From positions 429,484-493,483 of the forward strand of contig CAWHTE010000002.1 of NCBI GenBank assembly GCA_963832165.1: a stretch of 64,000 nucleotides of DNA, read 5' to 3'. Positions 59,331-64,000 of this stretch are shown one piece after another (the stretch's first letter is position 1; each line of letters begins with the position of its first letter). Origin of the DNA: an uncultured delta proteobacterium. GTDB lineage: Bacteria; Myxococcota_A; UBA9160; SMWR01. Position numbers and translations under genes: made by a program. The notes beneath the pieces were generated by a model, which ran no database searches, was not told where the DNA came from, and saw nothing but the letters and a program-made list of their open reading frames with translations.

Positions 59331-61100
59331 ATGAAAAGCGAAACGCTGGACCACGGAACGGCTCTGCTCGCATTCGAGCGCAAGCGCGTGCTCGACTTCG
59401 TGTGGATCGTGACACTCGCCGTCGAGGTGTGTGTGCTCGCGGTGCTCGGTTGGATGGGGCTCGCCGAGCGCGGGATCGCCTCCGTGAGCCGCAGCGTGCT
59501 CGCCTACGGCGCGATCTTCGTGCTCGTCTCCGATCTCAGCTACCGCATGAAGACGCCGCGCGCGGTCCATCTCTCGATCTGCGCGAATCAGTGCGCGGGG
59601 ATCCTCTTCCTGATCTACCTGTGGACGCTGTCGGGCGGTCACGAGAATCCCACTGCGCTCGCGTTCTTTGCGCCGCCGCTGCTCGTGACCGGAATGGTCG
59701 GCATGACATGGCTCGCGCGCGCGAGCATCGCGCTCGCGCTGCTCGGCGTCTGGGGCGTCGCGTACCAGCAGGCCGGCATTCTGCCCTGGCACGCCTTCCA
59801 GTCGGCGGCGGGCGTCGAAGTGCTCGGCGCGCGCCTGCTCACGCTCTGGAGCGCGGGGGCGATCGGTCTCGCGCTCGGCGCGCACGCTCTATCGGCCGTG
59901 CTCGAGCGCCTGTACCAGCGCACCCGCTCGAATGAAGGCAACAGCGAGGTCGTCGCGGCGTTCGGAGCCGTGATGCGCGGCGCGAGCGATCCGATGGTGA
60001 TCCTCTACGCCGACACGCTTCAGCTCGCCCATGCGAGCGACAGCTTCTACCGGCGGATGCTGCTCGATCGCCAGGGCGCCGCGGGGCGCTCGCTGTACAA
60101 CCTGCTCCGCTTCACCAATCGCGAGCGTCTCGAAGCGATGCTGGGGGAAGACAGCGGTCTGATCCCGTTCCAGCGCGTGGAGATCGGCCCGGAGCCGATC
60201 GTCGCGAACCTGCGCTACTTCCACTCCGAGCACGCGGGCACCACCTACCTCCACATCACGTTCGAGGAGGTGACCGACCTGTTCTATTTCCAGCTCGCCT
60301 TCGATGCGATCGAGGACCCGCTGCTGATCGTCTCCGACGTCGGCGAGCTGTTCTACTCGAACCGCGCCGCGAGCGGGCTGCTCGGCGAGCTCTTCGTGGG
60401 CAAGCCGATCCTCGAGCTGCTGCGCAGCCACCAGCTGATTCCGGCCGGTGGCCTCGCCGTGGCGCGCAACATCGATCGCGTGCGGATCGGCGATGCGCTG
60501 TTCCACCAGAACGTGATCGTGCCGAAGCTGGGCGCCTACGATCAGGGCTTTCGCGTGTTCTGGCTGCGCAAGTTCAGCGAGGACGAACTGCGCGCGGATC
60601 GCGCGAGCCGCGACGAGGTCACGGGCGTGATGAACCGCCGCACGTTCGAGCGCGACATGCAGCGCAAGACGCGCGAGTCGACGCTGTCGGCGCCGATTGC
60701 GCTGGCGCTCTGGAGCGTCGACCGCTGGAAGGAGATCTGCGACGCAAACGGCGAATCGGCCGGCAACGAGCTCCTGCGCTCGTTCGCGACGGCGCTCGGC
60801 GCGCAGATCCGACCCGGCGACGGCTTCTACCACCTCGACGCCGAATACTTCGCGGTCGTCTATCCGGGCGCCGACATGGCCGGCGCCGAGTGCGCTTCGC
60901 AGCGCCTGCTGCTCGACCTCACTGCGCAGATCGTCGAGATCGGCGGCGAGCCGATGAGCCTCGGTGCGTCGGTCGGCGTCACGATCGCCCGGCCGCGTGA
61001 GTCGGTCCCCGCGCTGATCGCGCGCGCCGACGAGGCGCTCTACGCCGCCCGGGACGGCGGCGGAAACTGCTGCGTCTCCCGCGCGCCCGAAGAGCGGTAG
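59331..61100 (+). CDS. Membrane-PAS-degenerate GGDEF protein
   Basis: TM helices, two PAS-like segments, DEVTGVMNRR, active site DAEYF, RPGD I-site, ASVGV, ADEALYAAR. Confidence 0.85.
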   Translation: MKSETLDHGTALLAFERKRVLDFVWIVTLAVEVCVLAVLGWMGLAERGIASVSRSVLAYGAIFVLVSDLSYRMKTPRAVHLSICANQCAGILFLIYLWTLSGGHENPTALAFFAPPLLVTGMVGMTWLARASIALALLGVWGVAYQQAGILPWHAFQSAAGVEVLGARLLTLWSAGAIGLALGAHALSAVLERLYQRTRSNEGNSEVVAAFGAVMRGASDPMVILYADTLQLAHASDSFYRRMLLDRQGAAGRSLYNLLRFTNRERLEAMLGEDSGLIPFQRVEIGPEPIVANLRYFHSEHAGTTYLHITFEEVTDLFYFQLAFDAIEDPLLIVSDVGELFYSNRAASGLLGELFVGKPILELLRSHQLIPAGGLAVARNIDRVRIGDALFHQNVIVPKLGAYDQGFRVFWLRKFSEDELRADRASRDEVTGVMNRRTFERDMQRKTRESTLSAPIALALWSVDRWKEICDANGESAGNELLRSFATALGAQIRPGDGFYHLDAEYFAVVYPGADMAGAECASQRLLLDLTAQIVEIGGEPMSLGASVGVTIARPRESVPALIARADEALYAARDGGGNCCVSRAPEER

Positions 61101-61106
61101 GCGGCC

Positions 61107-61586
61107 TCAGCGCAGCGGCTTCTCCAGCAGGGTCTCGATCTCGGTGAACCCTTCCGCAGCGTAGAGCGCGCGAGCGCCCGCGTTGCCGGCCTTGACGTCG
61201 AGGCGGATCACGCTGGCACCCGCCTCGCGCGCGCGCTGCTCGGCGGCCTGCAAGAGCGCGCGGCCGATTCCGCGCCGTCGCTGCGCCTCGGCGACCACGA
61301 GATCGGAGACGAAGCCGCGCTCGCGCGGATCCTCGTCGGGCTCGGAGGAGCGGTACCGCCTCCAGACGCAGACGAATCCCGCCACCGCGCCGTCCCACTC
61401 GGCTACGAGCACGACGCCGTGGAACTCGCGGCATCGCCGCTCGAGCAGATCGAGGTAGGCGTCGGCCACCTGCTCGCCCGGCGGCATGCCGGGCTCGAGC
61501 GCGCGCTCGAAATCCTGGAGCTCGACGAAGCACGCGCGGACCGCGCGGCGATCGCCTGCGGGATCCCACTCGCGGATCTTCAGCAC
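61107..61586 (-). CDS. GNAT acetyltransferase
   Basis: LVVAEAQRRRGIGRALL, NAGARALY..GF. Confidence 0.92.
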   Translation of the reverse strand: MLKIREWDPAGDRRAVRACFVELQDFERALEPGMPPGEQVADAYLDLLERRCREFHGVVLVAEWDGAVAGFVCVWRRYRSSEPDEDPRERGFVSDLVVAEAQRRRGIGRALLQAAEQRAREAGASVIRLDVKAGNAGARALYAAEGFTEIETLLEKPLR

Positions 61587-61696
61587 GGCCACGGCCACGG
61601 CCGCAGCCGCGGCCAGAACCGCCGCACGCGCCGCGCTGCACGCAGCCACACGATCCGCACCGAGCGGGTCCAGGGCGAGTGATGGAGCTTGATCAT
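61580..61696 (-). pseudogene. GST N-terminal remnant (38 codons)
   Basis: MIKLHHSPWTRSVRIVWL then unrelated sequence and stop. Confidence 0.6.
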
Positions 61697-61705
61697 GCCG
61701 TACAC

Positions 61706-62263
61706 CTAGCGCGCGCCGCGGTAGCCCGCGACGCGCCGGCGCCGGAACGCGAGGCTCGCGCGCCGCAGCCAGCGCTCGAGGAGCGGCAAGCGCACGCGCG
61801 CGTCGGGGCGTCCCGGGCGCACGACCGTGGTCCACTCGCCCGCCACGATGCGTTCCTCGCCGCCGGGCAGAAGCACGCGGAAGCGGCGCTCGGGGTCGAG
61901 CACGTCGGCGGTGTCGCTGATCCGCACGGGCATGCTCTCGCGGTACTCCCGGGCGATCTCCTGCAGCCGCGCCGAACGCTCGAACTCGCCGGCCTCTGCC
62001 TCGCGGATCTCGAGCCACGTCGATGCGCCCGTCGAGACGACGTCGAGCACCGCGCCGAGCGCCTCGGGACGGTCCGCGTCGCGCAGACCGCCTTGCAGCC
62101 ACAGACAGCGATAGGCGCGGCAGATGCCGGGGCGCGCTTCGTAGATCCCGCAGCCGCCGCCCTCGCGCTGGTGCACACAGGGAGTACCGCCGAGCTTCTC
62201 GAGGTCGTCCACGCGCAGCACGGTGCAGCAGAGCGAGCACACACCGCACTCGCGCGCGCTCAT
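61706..62263 (-). CDS. YkgJ-like CxxCxxCC cysteine-cluster protein
   Basis: CGVCSLCC..C..CGIYEARPGICRAYRC. Confidence 0.85.
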   Translation of the reverse strand: MSARECGVCSLCCTVLRVDDLEKLGGTPCVHQREGGGCGIYEARPGICRAYRCLWLQGGLRDADRPEALGAVLDVVSTGASTWLEIREAEAGEFERSARLQEIAREYRESMPVRISDTADVLDPERRFRVLLPGGEERIVAGEWTTVVRPGRPDARVRLPLLERWLRRASLAFRRRRVAGYRGAR

Positions 62264-62742
62264 GCCAGGCGGTTCACCGCGAATATCGCGATCATCGAGA
62301 GCACGAGCGCGAGCTTCACGGCGCCGCCGAGCAGCATGCCGAGCCAAGTGGCAACGCCGACGCGGCCCGCGTGCGCGAGGCTCCCGCGCGCCGAGAATTC
62401 GCCGATCACCGCGCCCGCGAACGGACCGATCACGATCCCGGGCAGCGCGAAGAACAGGCCCACGAACGCGCCGAGTGCGGCGCCGATCACGGCGCGGCGA
62501 TGCGCGCCCGCGCGCTTGGCACCCAGCGCGCTCGCGGCGAACTCGACGGCCGTTGCCATCAGTGCGAGCAGGCCGATCAGCAGGAGCGCGCCGCGGCCGA
62601 CGTAGTCGAAATCGTCGATCCACGCGCCGAGCACGAGGCCCGCGACCACGAGCGGGACACCGGGAAGTCCCGGCAGCACCACGCCCGCGATTCCGAGCGC
62701 CACGATCAGCGCGACCGCGATCCAGAGCAGGGCAGGGTCCAC
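62260..62742 (-). CDS. DUF456 membrane protein
   Basis: GVVLPGLPG, GAKRAGA, GPFAGAVIGE. Confidence 0.9.
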   Translation of the reverse strand: MDPALLWIAVALIVALGIAGVVLPGLPGVPLVVAGLVLGAWIDDFDYVGRGALLLIGLLALMATAVEFAASALGAKRAGAHRRAVIGAALGAFVGLFFALPGIVIGPFAGAVIGEFSARGSLAHAGRVGVATWLGMLLGGAVKLALVLSMIAIFAVNRLA

Positions 62743-62770
62743 GCGACGAGCTTCCACTACTCTCCGCGCG

Positions 62771-63214
62771 ATGTCACGCACCGATCTGCCGCCGGGTTGG
62801 ACCGTGGAGAAGATGGCCGCGCTCGGCGCGCTGCACGCCCAGCTCGAGGGCAGCCAGAGCCAGCTCGAGCCGCTGCTCGCGACGCTCGCGCGCGACCCGG
62901 TCTACGAGTTCCATCCGCTGCGCCGCTGTTTGCGCGGCGACGACCGCGTGCGCCGGTTCTACACCCACTTCTTCGATCGGTTCGTCTCGCTGCGCGAGAG
63001 CTACGCGCTCGTGGCCGAGTGGGTCAGCGAGACGTCCGTGGCGCAGGAGTACGAGATCGCGCTGAGCGTCGACGGAGCGATCGAGCGCTTTCGCGTGCTC
63101 GGCATCCTCTACGCGCGTGGCGAGCTGCTCGGCGGCGAGCGCGTCTACGCGAGCGAGCGCTTCATCCGCCTCCTGACGGGTCCGCTGTTCGACGAGCTCG
63201 AGCCGATCGAATGA
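62771..63214 (+). CDS. SnoaL/NTF2-like hypothetical protein
   Basis: H...E..LLATL..DPVYE..G...VRRFY..GERVY. Confidence 0.7.
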   Translation: MSRTDLPPGWTVEKMAALGALHAQLEGSQSQLEPLLATLARDPVYEFHPLRRCLRGDDRVRRFYTHFFDRFVSLRESYALVAEWVSETSVAQEYEIALSVDGAIERFRVLGILYARGELLGGERVYASERFIRLLTGPLFDELEPIE

Positions 63215-63410
63215 TCTCCTCGTGGCTCGGGAAGCGTCCCGCGTCGTGCTTCGAGAAGACGATGTCGCCGTCGACGGCGACATCGAAGATGCCATCCGCT
63301 CCGCGGATCAGCACGGATTCGACGCCGAGCTCCTGTTTCAGTGCGGCCGCCAGACCGGTGGCCCGAGGCAGGTAGTTTCAGCGCACGCAGTAGGTGATTT
63401 CGACGTTCAC
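63162..63410 (-). CDS. Rdx family (SelW/SelT/SelH-like) selenoprotein, in-frame UGA at 63378-63380
   Basis: MNVEITYCVR-U-NYLPRATGLAAALKQELG..G.FDV.VDG.IVFSK...GRFP; GAGG RBS; SECIS-like hairpin. Confidence 0.9.
63345..63363 (-). promoter_or_regulatory. Putative bacterial SECIS element
   Basis: GGCCACC-GGUCU-GGCGGCC hairpin 15-33 nt after the UGA. Confidence 0.75.
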
Positions 63411-63413
63411 GGT

Positions 63414-64000
63414 CTACCTCCTCGCCCATGCGGCGAGCCGCTCCGCCGGCCAGGTGTTCGCGACGCGCTCGCGCGGCGTCCAGGCGCGCTCGGCGTTGCG
63501 CGCCGCGTAGTTCACGCGTTCTAGCTCACCCGCGGTGTGTGCGTCGCTCGTGAGCACGAACGTAACGTCGCGGGTCTGCGCTCGGCGCAGCGCGTCGACC
63601 GACAGGTCGAGGCGCGGTAGCGAGCCGTTCACCTCGAGCGCTGTGCCCGTCTCCTCGGCGGCCGCGATCACGAGGTCGAGATCGAGGTCGATCGGCGGGC
63701 GGCCACCGATCATGCGCGCCGACAGGTGTCCGATCATGCGCACAGAGGGATCGCGCATCGCGGTGACGATCCGGCGCGTCTGCGCTGCGCGGTCCTGCTC
63801 GAAGTGGTCGTGCACCGAGGCCAGGCACCAGTCGAACGAGCTCCGGAACTCCGCGTCGTAGTCGAGCTCGCCGTTCGGCCCGATGTTGAGCTCGACGCCG
63901 TGCAGCAGCACGAGCGAGTCGCCGAGTGCCTTGCGCATGGCCTCGATCTGCGCGCGCTGTGCGAGCAGCGCGTCGCGTCCCACGCCCGAGACCGTTCCCT
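63414..64000 (-). CDS. polX: PHP domain, 3' end of PolX-type DNA polymerase/exonuclease (partial)
   Basis: GVELNI..G.LDY, ASVH, IGHLSAR, ALEVNG...RLDL, SDAH; polymerase domain lies outside window. Confidence 0.8.
   Translation of the reverse strand, partial: GTVSGVGRDALLAQRAQIEAMRKALGDSLVLLHGVELNIGPNGELDYDAEFRSSFDWCLASVHDHFEQDRAAQTRRIVTAMRDPSVRMIGHLSARMIGGRPPIDLDLDLVIAAAEETGTALEVNGSLPRLDLSVDALRRAQTRDVTFVLTSDAHTAGELERVNYAARNAERAWTPRERVANTWPAERLAAWARR

Overview
Very GC-rich bacterial chromosomal window, probably Myxococcota/deltaproteobacterial (inferred from PEP-CTERM proteins, myxobacterial-style TPR and Y1 transposase genes). Family names are from motif recognition by eye, not database searches. 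In order: a glycosylation locus (priming glycosyltransferase, GT2, GT4, GT-C-like, AsnB-type amidotransferase); envelope genes including a transpeptidase-TonB_C fusion; a dehydrogenase/sulfotransferase/alkyl-sulfatase/SDR operon; a B12 radical SAM gene; lhr; two tandem membrane histidine kinases; a TIGR03790-like protein; ettA, egtB, typA; a ~7 kb decaying integron cassette array (39.85-47 kb); sulfatase, POT transporter, a PEP-CTERM GH84 glycosidase, a Y1/HUH transposase with GTAG-type REPs in the window, a degenerate GGDEF protein and the 3' end of polX. Main highlights: (1) the two kinases have complementary defects (one keeps the phosphoacceptor His but has a degenerate ATPase domain, the other has a canonical ATPase domain but no His), suggesting an obligate heterodimer; (2) a CxxU Rdx/SelW-like selenoprotein with a SECIS-like hairpin that the ORF track misses; (3) attC half-sites fused to genes, a host-like PEP-CTERM gene inside the array and a possible intI remnant; (4) a REP inside a TPR gene at a frameshift. 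Three frameshifts mean assembly errors cannot be excluded. No rRNA, tRNA or CRISPR array was recognised.
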